Source: Ptychomitrium polyphyllum (lineage: Eukaryota). Taken from it: a stretch of DNA of 64,000 nucleotides. The notes below the pieces were generated by a model that saw only the letters and a program-made list of their open reading frames with translations, made no database searches and was not told the origin of the DNA. The position numbers and the translations under genes are program-made. This document shows positions 12,391 to 26,100 of the stretch, one piece after another. Every line of letters begins with the position of its first letter. The first letter of the stretch is position 1. Where the stretch lies: the NCBI GenBank assembly GCA_973851085.1, contig OZ316776.1, forward strand, positions 1,736,001-1,800,000. Reading direction: 5' to 3'.

Positions 12391-15001
12391 TGCACCGTCC
12401 GCGTCGTCTCCAATAACCAACCTGAGGAAGTTCAATGTGCCTCCCAAAACCCTGCCTCTTCAACCTCCACCTCCCTCAAATCCTCCTCCCAACAGAAAAT
12501 CCCACCCTCAACAGCACAACCACCCGCTTCTCCGACAGAAGTTCAGTCCTACATCCTCCACAACCAAGAACAAAAGCTACACCTCAATTCTTCGACAAAT
12601 CCAAAAACACCAACTTTGGTGTCCAAATTCCACGAACACTTCCTTCCTCAAAAACACCCCGAAAAGCTCACAAATTCCACCTAACCGTGCAAGCAAAGTC
12701 CACTCTTTGCCCTCAGCCTACTCCACACCCACTTTCAGTCCACCACATTAGAGCTACCTACCCTTCTATCAATACCCCGGGTATTCCAGATTCTCCTTCC
12801 TGCAAAGAGTACGTGACAGAGATGGAATCCACCACGAGAGAAGCTTCAGATGATGGCTCAATGGCGAGTGGGCATGCGAAGGAACGGAGTTAGGGAGCTG
12901 GTGGTCCACAGATTGCATGTCTCGGCTACGCTGGCAGCAGAAATTGCGACTGGTATGCAGCAACCAGAATGTAAGAGACGCGGACGGCATCCTCTGGTCG
13001 GGCGCGGCCGACACGAAGGGTGCCATTTTGGTGGGAATGGCGCGGGTTTTCCAGTTGACGACCTCGGGTCGGGGAAGCGGAAGGCGATTGATGCCACGAG
13101 TGGAGCATGCTGCCAGAATAAGGTGGACTGTCCTGAACTCATCACCTCCCACAGGAATGTCCTATGCAGGACCCTTTTACCACGCTTGGTAACTTTTTCT
13201 ACCACTGCCTTTTTCTAAGTGTTCGCTACGTATCGCCTTGTTTGATCAGGATATCGACATGTTGTTACAGGGTGTTACCATAGTATAGTCGGATATAGCA
13301 CAGCTCTAAAGTAGTCCGAATATGGTATCTTTGGATATTTTGGGATTATCTTGGAGCACCTGTATAGGTAGGTGAAATTCTTGCAATTGATTGCAAGGGA
13401 GCAAAGCAAATCCATGACATGTTTAGCATTGGAAGAAGTAGGTGGTGGATTGGAATATTATTGTAGGTGGAATGTAGTATCAAGTGTTTTGATGTTAGAA
13501 AAACTTTGATGACAATATTGGATCACAAAGTACAATTTGCACTAATTATTGCTGATTATAAGATGTATGTTTACCAAATCTTGTACTGAAGCCTCAAATT
13601 GTATAAGTTGTAGGATTTGTTCCAATAAATTTAGAGTAAAGAAAATTTTAAGAAATGTAGGATAAAAAATTTAATCAACAACTTGTCATCTTGCTCACCT
13701 TTCTTCTTCCTAAATAGGAAAAATAATTGTCATTCATAAAAACCATTTCTTAGTAAAACTTCAAATCTTTAAATCCTTAAGAAATCAATTTGTGCTATGT
13801 GACACCTTTAATGATTCACCTGATGGAACTTATGTCCAAGTTTACGAGTTAATGTGGAAGCGCTTTTGATGGACTTGAAGGTGTCAGGATTGTCTTGGAA
13901 GTTGAGTCTTGTTCATTGTTCAAGTCTCAAGAAGGAAACATGGAAACTGGGTCATCACTTAAAGAGGAAAGAAAACTTGGTTTCCAGTTGAGATGCCTCA
14001 TCCAGTTGTTTTTATTTTAAGGTGAGAGTTTGATAGGTTACTACAGAAAAATAAATTTCAGAGTATTCTATAACTTTGTCGCACTTGTTTTGCCCCAAGT
14101 TGTAGGAATGCTTTTGAAACACTATCCAGATTCGGATGGGAAATTGGATATCTGAGTGAAAAAGGAATGTGTTTGGATGAATCTATAACAAATCATTACA
14201 GATCGTCACCTTGGAAACAGACAAAAATTCGTTGACGCCAATTGGGCGATCTGCCCAAGATGCAGAGGAAAAACAGAATAGGAGTGATATAGACCTAACC
14301 TACTACTGATGTCTAAGCGCCACGTCAATGCTCGTTGCAGATAAGTAGACAACTGGAGGTCTATGGAGGTCTCTCCAATCATCTTGCCAGGTTGCAACTG
14401 CTCGAGCTTCATTTTGCTGGACTTACTATTCCCAACCTCACTTGCCAGGCTGGCACGTCGAAGGCTGGCACGCTATTTTGCGCAATTTCTCTATTTTTGT
14501 GAATTTTATACATGATACATGCATCTTGCCTTTTGGAAACATCAAAGCTTGGTCTCACCCAGTAGTGTGTGATAGATTAGTGTAACTTGTCCAGTGAAAA
14601 TTCTGAGGTACGAAACTGTACTGACCAACAGCAAAGTATCTTGCTCAAGTCTCTGAAGACGGCCATGCTGCTGGTCAAAAGAATGAGCTCCAGGTGACCA
14701 GAAACCAGTTAAAGACGACCATCCTGAACTGCTGAAAAGGTACAACTGTATGATCACATCCTTTGAACTTCTGACGACAAAAAATATGAAAAACCAGTGA
14801 CATCAGTTGCCGTTGCAACAGTGCAAACCAAAGCTTAGATGGTTGAATAACAGCAGCAAATCCAGTTCTCAATGAACCAGGTCGGGTCGTCAACCTCAAC
14901 TAACAGATTGCACAAATTTTCATGATTAAATATCTGAAACAGAGAACCGGTATAAATTACAAAGTAGACAGAGTACTAAGTTAATCTTGCATACTAGCTA
15001 A

Positions 15002-17019
15002 CTAAGCAGGATTAACGTATCGATTCCCATTCCCATTCCCGATGAAGTTTGACCCCACATGTCTTACACTACTCCGGCCAGTTTTCCTAACACTGCTAAA
15101 CTCTCCACCATTAAATTTAGGCTTCTCGGGGTAATAAATTTGCATCTGATTGATATTCTCCATAGCCAAGGAAGGATCTCGAGCTGGTCTTCTCACTACT
15201 CGAGAGGGGAGTGGAGACTTTGATTGTTCCTCAGAGTTAGAGTTCGTCATATTGGGAGGTGTATTGGCACGTTGAGTAGTCAAGGAAGGTAATGGAAAGG
15301 CTGGTGGATTACTGCTCTTAAACGGACTTCCAGGAAGAGGTTTAGGAGTTGGCTGAAATGAGATATGACGAGGAGATTTTGGGATTGAGACTGCACCTTC
15401 ACCGGTATTGACGTTGTTGGGGGTAATACCGGAGGATTGGCGAGGTGGTCTAGAGCTGGCATTGTTGTTGTTGTTGTTGGTTGTCGCTGTTGAGATGATG
15501 GTGGGAGTCTCCCATAAGTAGGTCATTTCCAGAACTTTCTTCAGGCCTTCCACGATGTTGATCATCTTGGGTCGTGCTTTGGGTTGCTTCACGAGGCACT
15601 GGATGGCGATGGTGGCGAATTTCATGGCTGCTTTGGTGGGGTACCGGAGCTCCAACCTGGGGTCCATGGCGAGGTGGAACTTGCGTGGGTCGTTGATGAA
15701 GGGCTTCACCCACTCGAGAAGCCTCTGTTCCATTCTTGGCCGGTTTCGGTCCATGGCTCTGCGACCGGTCAGCATCTCCAGGAGCACGACGCCGAAGCTG
15801 TACACGTCGCTCTTGAATGTCAAATGACCCGTTTGGATGTACTCCGGAGCTGCGTATCCGTATGTCCCCTTCACCTGCAAAGATGGATCCACATACAAGG
15901 TTACGCACGCCCAATGTTTCATTAACGTCATGATTTTGCGAAAGAAGATAAATCTAATCGTGTTAAAATCAAAAGAGGGGAGAAGGAAAGGCCGTACCCC
16001 AGTGGTGACATGAGTCTTGCCGGCGTCCGGTCCTTGTCTCGCAAGCCCAAAGTCAGAGAGCTTTGGATTAAACTCGTCATCAAGCAGCACGTTAGCAGTC
16101 TTGAAATCTCGAAAGATGACCTGAAACAAACAATACCAGTTCACAATTTGCAATTAGATCTAATTCTCCTCAAGCATCGTTCAATAAAACCCAGAAAATC
16201 GTCTGAACCTTGCAAATGCAATGATCGTTTTTTCCGTGGGACGGATCTGCTCACCCCCTTTTCATCGTGCAAGTAGGCAAGTCCTCGTGCCGCTCCAAGT
16301 GCAACCTTAACTCTAATTTGCCATGGCAGAACAGGAGGCACAGTGCGGAAGATATGGTCATCGAGGCCCTTGTTTGACATGTACTTGTAAACAAGCAGCC
16401 GTTGAATCCCCCTCTCGTCGTCCTCAGCGCAGTAGCCGATGAGCTTCACCAAGTAGGGATTATCCACCATGCCCAGAAAATGAACTTCCGTCACCCATTC
16501 ATTATGACCCTACAACACCATCGCGCAGAGGACTCTTTAGAACCATTTGCCCTCTCCACACCGGCATTGAAATGCAAAAGAATATTCACCATGAATAGCA
16601 AGAGCAACTGGTGGTGTTACCTGAAGGCCCGAAGTGTTGAGCTGCTTGATGGCGACCTCAAGCTTCTCCTCGCCGTCATGAAACTTCGACTTCTGCTTCA
16701 TGGTTCCCTTGTACACCAGCCCGAAGCCGCCTTCACCGATGAGATTCTTTAGGTCGAAGCTCTTGGTCGCGGATTTAAGCTCTTGGAGATTGAAAGCTCG
16801 CAGGTCATGAGGTTGTCGCTCCGATGAGTAGGAGGATTCGTAAGTTGCTGATTTTGTGAAGCCGGGGTGGGAGACCGACACAGGCTCGGGTTTCGGTATC
16901 GAGTCGATGGGACTAAGTCGCCTGGGGTACACTTGCGGGTCGGACTCAATCCCCGGCTTGCGAAGCCCCAGTGCTCTATTCTTCGGGCGTCTAATGATCC
17001 CGATCCCGAAGCAACTCAT
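15002..17019 (-). CDS. Receptor-like cytoplasmic kinase, RLCK-VII (PBL; PCRK1/2-PBL19/20 subgroup), with a long Pro/Ser/Asn-rich C-tail
   Basis: Exons 17019-16621, 16509-16255, 16120-15998, 15874-15002, all phase 0. Motifs [38 protein letters not shown] (subgroup signature), [38 protein letters not shown]. Confidence 0.95.
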
Positions 17020-20000
17020 ATTCACTTGAATGTTGTCAGATCATAAGGTTGTTGGTCGCTTCAAAGCTCCACGCCCATTTCTAAACAACCAACGGCTAAA
17101 CTCACATCCGATCTAGGAACTCATGTTCCTGCAATGCGGTTCATAACTTCAGCAACCTTGCTGCGCAAAAACTTCAAGAAAAGTGGATTCTTAAATTATG
17201 AACACTACTTCTGTGAAACAGATAGATACTTCACCCAAGTGTGCAATTAACGACTCCGATTGCAGTACCATAAGAAGAACTCCTTAACAAGGTTGAGAAG
17301 AGGGCACAGAGAGGAAGAATTTCCAGGTCGCAACAGCTCATTAACTTGAGCCAAAGCATCTAAGCAACGTGAAAGATAAAAGTTGCTTTAAGGGTAACAT
17401 GAAGGGAGGCCATGGCGAATAGTAAGAAAAGGTCGTGCATAGCGAACTGAGAAAATTCCAAAATTTTTAATAGCGAAGAGACTCACTTGCAAGTACCTGA
17501 TGATGGCAGGAGCGTCTAAAATCGATCAACCGCCAGTTCTTCGCTCATGCAGTGTCGGATTCGCCGCGTCTCAAAGCGTACCCGCTACGGAACCATGTAG
17601 AGCGTCAATCGGCTACCTTTGACTTCCACCAGAACCAATTTTTCACCAGAAATTTACCATTCCTGCAGACTAAGTAGGATTGACGCCAGTGTATTGTGCA
17701 GCAAGACCTACGACAATCACCCTACCCCAAAAACTGAACCCTCCAGATTTCGCACCCAACTAGAAGCCTCAAGCTAACACATGCTCCTCCTCTGCAGGCA
17801 AGTTAACCAAACTAGAAAACGAGAGAGGAAAACGACGTCTAACTCCATAAAACTAGTCGAGCTCCAGAATATAACAACACAAGGCGATCGATGAAGACGA
17901 CGACAACGACGACTCAGGTCCACTCTTTAGCCCAACTCAAGAATAATCAACCCGAGTGAATCGTCACTGAGACTAGAACTGAAATTCACAAATTTAGTAA
18001 CGTTACCGACTCTCCCAGAGATGAACATTTCCACCTTCCTTTTCCATAACCTGGGCAAGCACGCGGGGATGAGCACCTCTCCCAACGACAACGCGGAGAA
18101 TTCTAGACTGATCACTGCAGCGTATCCATCGAAAAGGAGGGTAGTACCTGGAACCGTCACTGTACCCAAAAACCAACATCATCTACCATAATCAAACATT
18201 TCACTTCATCATCTCGACAACAATTTTCTAGACTATACCCGATTTAATACCGTCACAGCACAAAGATCCGATTCTATCGACGCCTTTTGTAGAGTTCGTG
18301 AAATGATCGGTTTTATGTACGGCGACGGTTCTAGGTACTGGATTCCACACTGGAACTCTTAAGCTATCATCTAGGAGTCTAAACTTGGCCTTCAACAGCG
18401 GAACAGTACCTTTGACCCAGAAGATCGTCGAGGCATGACATGGGAGATTCGAGAATCATGAGGTAGGAGTGGGTCAGCTCAGTGCCCGGGAAGCTGGGAA
18501 TAGATCATCCAGTACTTAATGGTTTTTTGTGCCACAGACGTGAATAATGCGGGCTGTTGGTTTGCCGTATCACTTCCTGGAATTTGGGGAGATCGTTCTT
18601 TGTGATGTTGACTGACTTGACTGTGGGACCCAAACGGTGCTGACCCGAAGGGCATACGCGGAGTAGGATTCAATCTGTGTATGTGTATGTAAACCATTGT
18701 ACAGTTACAGGCTTTTTGGGTCAACGAACTGCCCTAAAAATCCCATGATCAGCATTAAGTTCACTTGACTACCAGGCTCTGTGATGGCAACTTATAGGTC
18801 ATTGACAAACCTTGATGTGCATTGCAAACCAGGCATGTAAAATCATGTCTTTGCATATGAATCATTATGCTGTGTTGAGCATTTTCCACACTGATGGTAG
18901 GTAACTAATTCCTTGGGCTGCAGACAAAGACAATTATTTGATGGAAACACCATTCTTTGAGTGAGCACACCCTCAGGTTGCTGACCCAACTCACCCTGGG
19001 TTTTTAGTTTGTGCCCAACATGGAGCCCATGAACAGGTCACTGAATAGGTACAATAACACAACATTCTTTGCAAAGAGGACTGGGGCAGCCCCTGAAACA
19101 TTAACTGGGAATGTTGACTTTGATTGCATGGATATTCCTCACAAATATTCTAAAAGTTAATTGTGATAACTGTTAAAAAGGTTGTTGCAGTAACTATTTC
19201 CACAAATAAAGAGCAAGAAACATGTGTTAAGGATGACGTTACACTAATTATTCCTATACTTCTACTTCAAAGAATGCTTAAAATGCCCATTTTTCATAGG
19301 GCCTTAGTGCTAAAAGATGTTATGAACCAAACACATGTTGTGAGTTGAGTGTATATTTCTAACAAAAGTTTCTTGCTAAGGTTGCTTGGCTCACACACCA
19401 ATCATCTATTCATGGTAAAAAGGAAAAACTAGCCACCAAAGGTTACAAATATATTTATTTAGTTGCTATAAATTTTTTATTATATTTTTTGGAATAGAGT
19501 CAAACTAAAATAATTTCCTTTACTCAAAGATCACTTTCAAGTTCTAAGTGAGTTGTTAGAATTATCAAAAGAATCAATCCAATGAAGAAGTTATTAAAAT
19601 TTATAACAAAAATATATTTTTGAATTAAAAGAGAAAAATAATCAATTTAATAAAATATGAAAAAATCCAAAACAAGATCCTATCATTATTCTTCATACAT
19701 TAATATAGATTCTACAATTTTAACAAAGCTCTGTATTATTCAACAAGGAAATAATGCATTATTCATTCAATGTAAAAATATTACAAGGCCTAAATATATG
19801 TTAAAATTTTAAAAGATTAAAAAACATGCAAAACTGAAGGATTTTATAATTATTTTAGTATCTTTTAATGTTTTGTTGTAAGAAAAACGTATTAAATAAA
19901 ACTTGGTTAACAAAATTATTGAAAAATTTTCCATAAACATATGTACAACAAGTACATCAAAAATAGGCTCTTTTTATTATTAAATTAACATAATTTAAAA

Positions 20001-20266
20001 AAAAATTAATTATCTTATCATTAGTAAAATTTCTAAAGGATTTATTTCAATGTACTAAAATATTATCTCTTGGAACATATGAAAGAATTATGAGTTTCAA
20101 ATTTTTTTTCTAATAAGAATTAAAAATTAGGGCTAGATTGTGCACAAAAGCCAACATATATGATGTGCCTTCTTGAATATCTCATTTTTTATTTAATTAT
20201 TTCATAATCATATTACAAAATTTAGTCAATTGATAAGTTTTTTAAGTATTGAAATTATCTACATAT

Positions 20267-20710
20267 TATCATGAACGTAGATTATGCAACATAGTATTTA
20301 GAATCTTTTAGAATCTTTTGGTATATTATGGTAGCTTCTTAAAATACTTTCAATGTCTCTATACTTATTTCTATTTCTTTTGAAAACTTCCTAAGAAGAT
20401 TCTAATTCATTTGAAGCTTTTTAGAAAGGTTCTACCATCTTAGGAAACTTCTTGAAAAGGTTCCATAGGCTTCTAGAACATTTTTAAGCCTTATAGAAAG
20501 ATTCTTAAAAGTATCCTAGAAGATACAAGGGTCATAGTATAAATAGGAGGCAAGACAAGGTATACCTTATTCTTGCCAATACAAGTTGTGAATCATATTG
20601 TATCATGCCTTGCTATAGTCTTTGTATTAGTTATTTGATATTATTAACTCTTCAAAACTAATTATTGGGAAATACTTTGATTCTCTTTTTTATTTTTTAT
20701 GTCTTTAGTA
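20267..20710 (+). mobile_element. Older solo LTR with a probable 5-bp TSD
   Basis: Starts TATCATGAACGTAGATTATGCAACATAG (cf. TGTTACGGACATAGATCATGCAACATA), contains TATAAATAGG and ends ...GTCTTTAGTA. Flanked by CATAT (20262-20266) and TATAT (20711-20715). Confidence 0.8.
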
Positions 20711-20733
20711 TATATTATCACGGACATAGATCA

Positions 20734-21378
20734 TATTGAAACATAGATCATGCAACATAGTCCTTAAAACATTCTAAAACCTTCTAGTATACAATAATAG
20801 CTTCTTAGAATACTTTTAGATGTTTCCATAGTCTTTCCATGTTCTTAGGGAGCTTCTTAAGAAAGTTCCACCATCTTAGGAAACTTCCTTGGAAGATTTT
20901 ATTATCTTAGGTAACTTCTTACAAAACTTCCTACAAAGATTCCATCACCTCAGGAAACTTCTTAGGAAGGTTCTACCTCTTCAAGAAACTTCCTAAGAAG
21001 GTTCCGCTATCTTTGGAAACTTCCAAGGAAGATTCTACTACTTTAGGAAACTTCCAAGGAAGGTTCCAATTCTTTGGAAGACTCTTAGGAAGGTTCCAAC
21101 ATCTTAGGAAACTTCTTGAGAAGGTTCCCTAGACTTCCAGAACATTCTTAAACCTTGTAGGAAGCTTCTTTAGAAGTATCCTAGGAAATACAAATGTCAT
21201 AGTATAAATAGGAAGCAAGACAAGGTGTTCCTTAGTCTTGCCAACACAAGTTGTAGATCATCTTGAATCCTGCCTTGTTCTAGTCTTTGTATCAAAGTTA
21301 TTGTTAATCATTAGCTCTTTGGAAGCTAATTCTTGGAAAATACTTCGTTTCTGTTTCTTATTTCTTGTGTCCTTAACA
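20734..21378 (+). repeat. 5' LTR (about 645 bp) with 9 internal ~31-bp repeats
   Basis: Direct repeat of 26755-27339. TATAAATA at 21203-21210. Ends ...CCTTAACA. Confidence 0.9.
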
Positions 21379-21380
21379 GT

Positions 21381-21392
21381 TTGGCAAGACTA
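21381..21392 (+). promoter_or_regulatory. Primer-binding site complementary to the LTR R region (self-priming type)
   Basis: TTGGCAAGACTA is the exact reverse complement of TAGTCTTGCCAA at 21233-21244. Confidence 0.8.
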
Positions 21393-21614
21393 CTTTTTAT
21401 CTTTGTCAGAGCTAAGGTTCTTTGAAGAAGATTGTGGATTACTCATCTTCTTTAGGATTCCATAGCGTCTTAGAGATTGCGGATTACCCTCCTCTAAGTT
21501 GGCACCATAGAGTTGGTTTCTCCTTCTAGAACTAAGTATTATTTCTTTCAAAGGACGTGGATTTTCTTCCTTTGAAGGTACTCATAGTCTTCTTGTCTTT
21601 GACACTCTTAAGAA

Positions 21615-24600
21615 ATGGATAACGTGCCCGGAACATCAGAAAATAGGTTTGCAACTATTGCAAGCCTTCAAGAATTATTAAACACAGTTTTAACGGAACT
21701 CGCCCGTTTTAATACCAACAACAATTTGGAACAACACACTCGGTAAGCTAAAGAATCCAATGGTGATATTCAAAGCTTATATCAAGAGGTTGTCTAATTG
21801 CGAGAAGCCAATATTGGAAGGGAAGGCTTATGTCAAATCCATGTAGAGCCAAAGATTAGTATGCTAAACAAGTTCAATGGATCAAGATCAAAATTGAGAG
21901 GCTTTGTTCAACAAGTAAGGTTCTTCCTTAGTTTGCATCAATCTCATTTTACTGACGGCACAAATCAAGTGGGATTTGTGGCCACTCTTTTATCAAACAA
22001 TGCACTATTGTGGTTTGCACCACTAGTGGAGAAGCAGTCACCATTATTGAACAACTTAAATGCTTTCATAGAAGCATTGACATCTACTTTTGGGGACACC
22101 GATTGAGAGAAGGTGGCTAAGACAAGGATTCAAAGCCTCCAAGTAAAGACAACGCTCAGCTGCTACATGTGTTGCAGAGTTTCGACAATTAGCTTGCGAC
22201 CTTGATTGGAATGATAAAGCTTTGGTCATACGATTTCAATGGGGTTTAAAAAAAAATGTAAAGGACAAGCTATTACAATGCCAAGAGTTGAAACATTGGA
22301 CAAACTCATCACTCAAGCAATAGCATATGACAATAGACTATTTGAGATGCGCCAAGAATAACGCTTGGGATGGCGACCAATACATCAAAGCATGGCTACC
22401 ACTTCTTCAAGAATATTGGAAAATCGACCACATGGACCAGAACCTATGCAAATTGATGCTGCCCAATTCAGACGTTTGACTCCAAAAGAAAAAAAAAGGC
22501 GTCAAAGACAAAACCCATGCTTGTAATGTGGCAAGTCTGGACATAAAGTGCGCAATTGTCAAATCAAAGGATCTGCCTTTAAGGCTCAGAGCACAATGGT
22601 AGAGTTGGAAAACAAGGCTATAGAGACCATGCGATTGGATACCACAAAGAAACGACCATCAAATCAAGGTCTCTTACTACCTTCAAGCCCAACCTCTTGT
22701 TTTACATTTCCTATCAAAATTAAATTGTTAGATGATGAAATAATTAATGGAGCTCTTTTAGACACTAGTGCAACGGCATATTTTATAGACTAGGATTTTG
22801 CAACCAAACATCATATGGTGCTTGTGAACAAAAAATATCCCGCACCTGTTGATGTTAATGATGAACAATCTCTTGTGTCTGGCAACGTTATTGAAGAAAC
22901 TCAACCCTTGGAAGTTGTTTTAGGAGACCAGACATCTATGATTGTTTTCAATATCATTCAATGCCAAACAAATCCTATTATATTGGGCCTTCTTTGGTTT
23001 AAATTATATAATCTAGATATTAATTGGCGCTCACGGAATGTGGTCTAAAAAAAAAACGTTAAGATACGAGAAATCTTAGACCATCATTTATTGGAGCTAA
23101 GGCATTTATGAGAGCGGCAAAGGATGAACCAATCTATGCCATTTATGCCACGCCAATGTCTAGCTTTACAATAGAAACTAATCAAAACATACCTCGTCAA
23201 TATCAAGATTATGAAGACGTTTTTAAAAAGAAGAATGCGGACATGTTACCAAAGCACTGGCCTTACAATTGTACCATTGAGTTGCAAGAAGGAGCCCAAC
23301 CACCTTTTGGACCTATTTATAACTTATCACAAACTCAGTTGGCTGCTTTAAGAGATTATAATAATGAAAACCTCGAAAACGATTTCATTCAACATTCTAA
23401 ATCACCTGCTGGAACATCCATTCTATTTATAAAGAAGAAAGATGGATCATTACGTATGTGCGTGGACTATTGAGGCCTCAATAAAGTAACAAAAAAGAAT
23501 CGCTATTCATTACCATTAATCTCAGGACTCTTACAACAGCTTGGCCAAGCAAAGATATTCACCAAAATTGATCTTAAGGGAGCCTACAATCTTGTACGCA
23601 TCAAAGAAGGAGACGAATGGAAGACAGCTTTTCGATCTATGTATGGTCATTTTGAATACAATGTCATGCCTTTTGGCCTTACTAATGCTCACGCATTCTT
23701 CCAACATATGATGAATGATATCTTCCATGAATATTTGGATGATATTATAGTCATCTACTTAGATGATATTTTGATATATTCAAAGGATGAACAAGACCAC
23801 AAATGTCATGTGCGATTGGTCTTAGAAAAATTACGCCAGCAAGGATTATATGCCAAATTAAAGAAGTGCCTTTTCAATGAATCCTTGGTTAAATTTTTAG
23901 GCTACATCATTTCCAAAGGAGGAATCCATATGGATAAGAAAAAAATAAGCAGTGTCATGGACTGGAGTACGCCAAGATCAATTCGAGATGTCCAATGCTT
24001 CTTAAAATCTGCAAACTTCTACAAAATATTCATCAAGAATTATTCCAAGATTGCGACACCATTAACACGTCTTACGAGGAAGCAAAAATTCATTTTGGAT
24101 GAAGAGGCGGAATAAGTATTTCAAAGTCTTAAGAAGTCATTCACGTCCGCTCCAATTCTTATTCATCCAAATCCATCAAAGCCTTTTTATTTGGAAGCGG
24201 ATGCCTCAAATTTTGCGCTTGGCTCAGTACTCTTACAATATGATGAAGACAGGAGACTTCACCTTCTTGTTCAAGGAAGTTCTCAGCAGCAGAGATCAAC
24301 TATGATATATATGATAAAGAACTACTTGCAATTGTGGATGCGTTTAAAGAATGGCGACACTTATTGAAAGGAGCTCAACATACCATCACGATATACACAG
24401 ACCACAAGAACTTGGAGTATTTCATAAGGGCGTGCATTTTTAATCAGTGTCAAGCAAGGTGGAATATGTCACTTTCCAGATTTGACTTTGTCATTACCTA
24501 TCGATTTGGTAGCTTGCAAGATAAGCCAGATGCCTTATCTCGAAGATCTTATTTAGCTCCTCAACCTGGAGATGATGTTTTGAATCAACAAAGGACTATT

Positions 24601-26100
24601 TTATTGAAGCCTGAGAATCTTCAATTGAAAGCAGCCATTATTACGACAACATCCCATCTTGACAAAATTCGGAAGGCTTTAAAGAATGATGTTTTTGTCT
24701 CAAATATAAAGAAGCGCCTCAAAAACAATGGAGATCATTCAAATAGCGATGAGGACTTTGAATTCCAAGAGGGCTTAATTTTTTATAAAGGACTTTTGTA
24801 CCTACCTCCAGGCCCTTTGCGGTTGAAGATCCTTCAAGCACGTCATGATTTTCCAGCAGCAGGACATTTTGGATTCAATAAAACAATGGAGTTGACTGCT
24901 GGAGACTATTGGTGGCCACAAATGTGGAAGTACGTAAAGGACTTTGTTCAATCATGCGACACTTGTGCAAGAGCCAAGGTACCAAGGCACCAACCTCATA
25001 GTCTCCTCCATCCGCTTCCAATGCCAAAGGATCCATGGTTGTCTTTATCAATGGATTTTATTACAGACCTTCTAAATTCCGATTCTAAGGATTCTATTTT
25101 GGTAGTGGTAGATCAATTTACCAAAATGGCACATTTCATTCCATACAACAAGATGGTAACGGGAGAAGAAACTGCCAAGTTGTTCTCAAATCATGTCTAC
25201 TGCATACATGGACTACGAGATGATGTTATATTCGATCAGAGGCCGCAATTCATTTCCAACTTTTGGAAGGCTCTGTTTCAGCTGTTGTGTGTAAAAATTA
25301 TTCTTTTTTCAACACACCATCCACAAATTGATGGCCAAACCAAACGTGTAAATCAAATTTTGGAACAGTACCTTCGTTATAGCATAAATTACCAGCAAGA
25401 CAATTGGATGGACCTCTTGCCTTTGGCAGAATTTGCTTACAACAATACAGTGCATTCTTCAACAATTCAAAGTCCATTCTTTGCAAACTATGGCCATCAT
25501 CCTCGAATAAAACCGTTTCAAGTGAAGCATGTTGGAAGTCCTGCAGCAAAGGATTTTGCAATTCAACTTGCTAAAATCCATCAAGAAATTACTTTCCAGT
25601 TACAACAAGCTCAAGATCGTTACAAAACTTATGTAGATTGCCATCGAAAGGACCATCAAAAGTTCAAGGTTGGAGATAGCGTATGGCTCCTACAATGAAA
25701 TACACAAACAAAAAGACCATCAAAGAAGTTGGACTATCAGAGGCTAGGACCGTTTGAAATCAACAAACAGATAGATCCGGTTAGTTATCGCCTAAAGCTA
25801 CCACCAAGCATGCAAATTCATCCTATATTCTACGTATCGTTGTTGGAAACCTATAATAAATCATGACTACCAAAGACAATTGTCCCTTTGCCTCCTTCGT
25901 TGGAAATCAATAATGAAATTGAATATGAAGTGGAAGAGATCTTAGATTCACTCATCAAGAACAGACGTGTGGAGTACCTTATAGATTGGCAACGATATGG
26001 CATCAATAACCGAACATGGGAACCTTCAACGATTGCAACAAATGCATCCGAGAAGGTACGCGAATTTCATCAAAGATATCCTCAGAAACCAGGTCAGTGA
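21615..26100 (+). pseudogene. Disrupted gag-pol polyprotein (gag, Zn knuckle, protease, RT, RNase H, integrase, chromodomain)
   Basis: Gag: KFNGSRSKLRGF, EPMQID, knuckle CL*CGKSGHKVRNC (~22518-22559). Protease: ALLDTSAT. RT: LRMCVDY, VMPFGLTNA, YLDD. RNase H: ITIYTDHKNLEYF. Integrase: H-H-C-C and SLSMDFI. Chromodomain: EYEVEEILD...YLIDW...TWEP (25888-26100). Many stops and frameshifts. Confidence 0.95.

Noticed and set aside
12435..13218. Several overlapping 90-150 aa ORFs on both strands
   Set aside because: They cover the 5' UTR/promoter of the CNNM gene; GC-rich composition explains the open frames.
20846..21130. Palindromic ~31-bp repeats superficially like a CRISPR array
   Set aside because: No unique spacers, eukaryotic context, and the array lies inside both LTRs.
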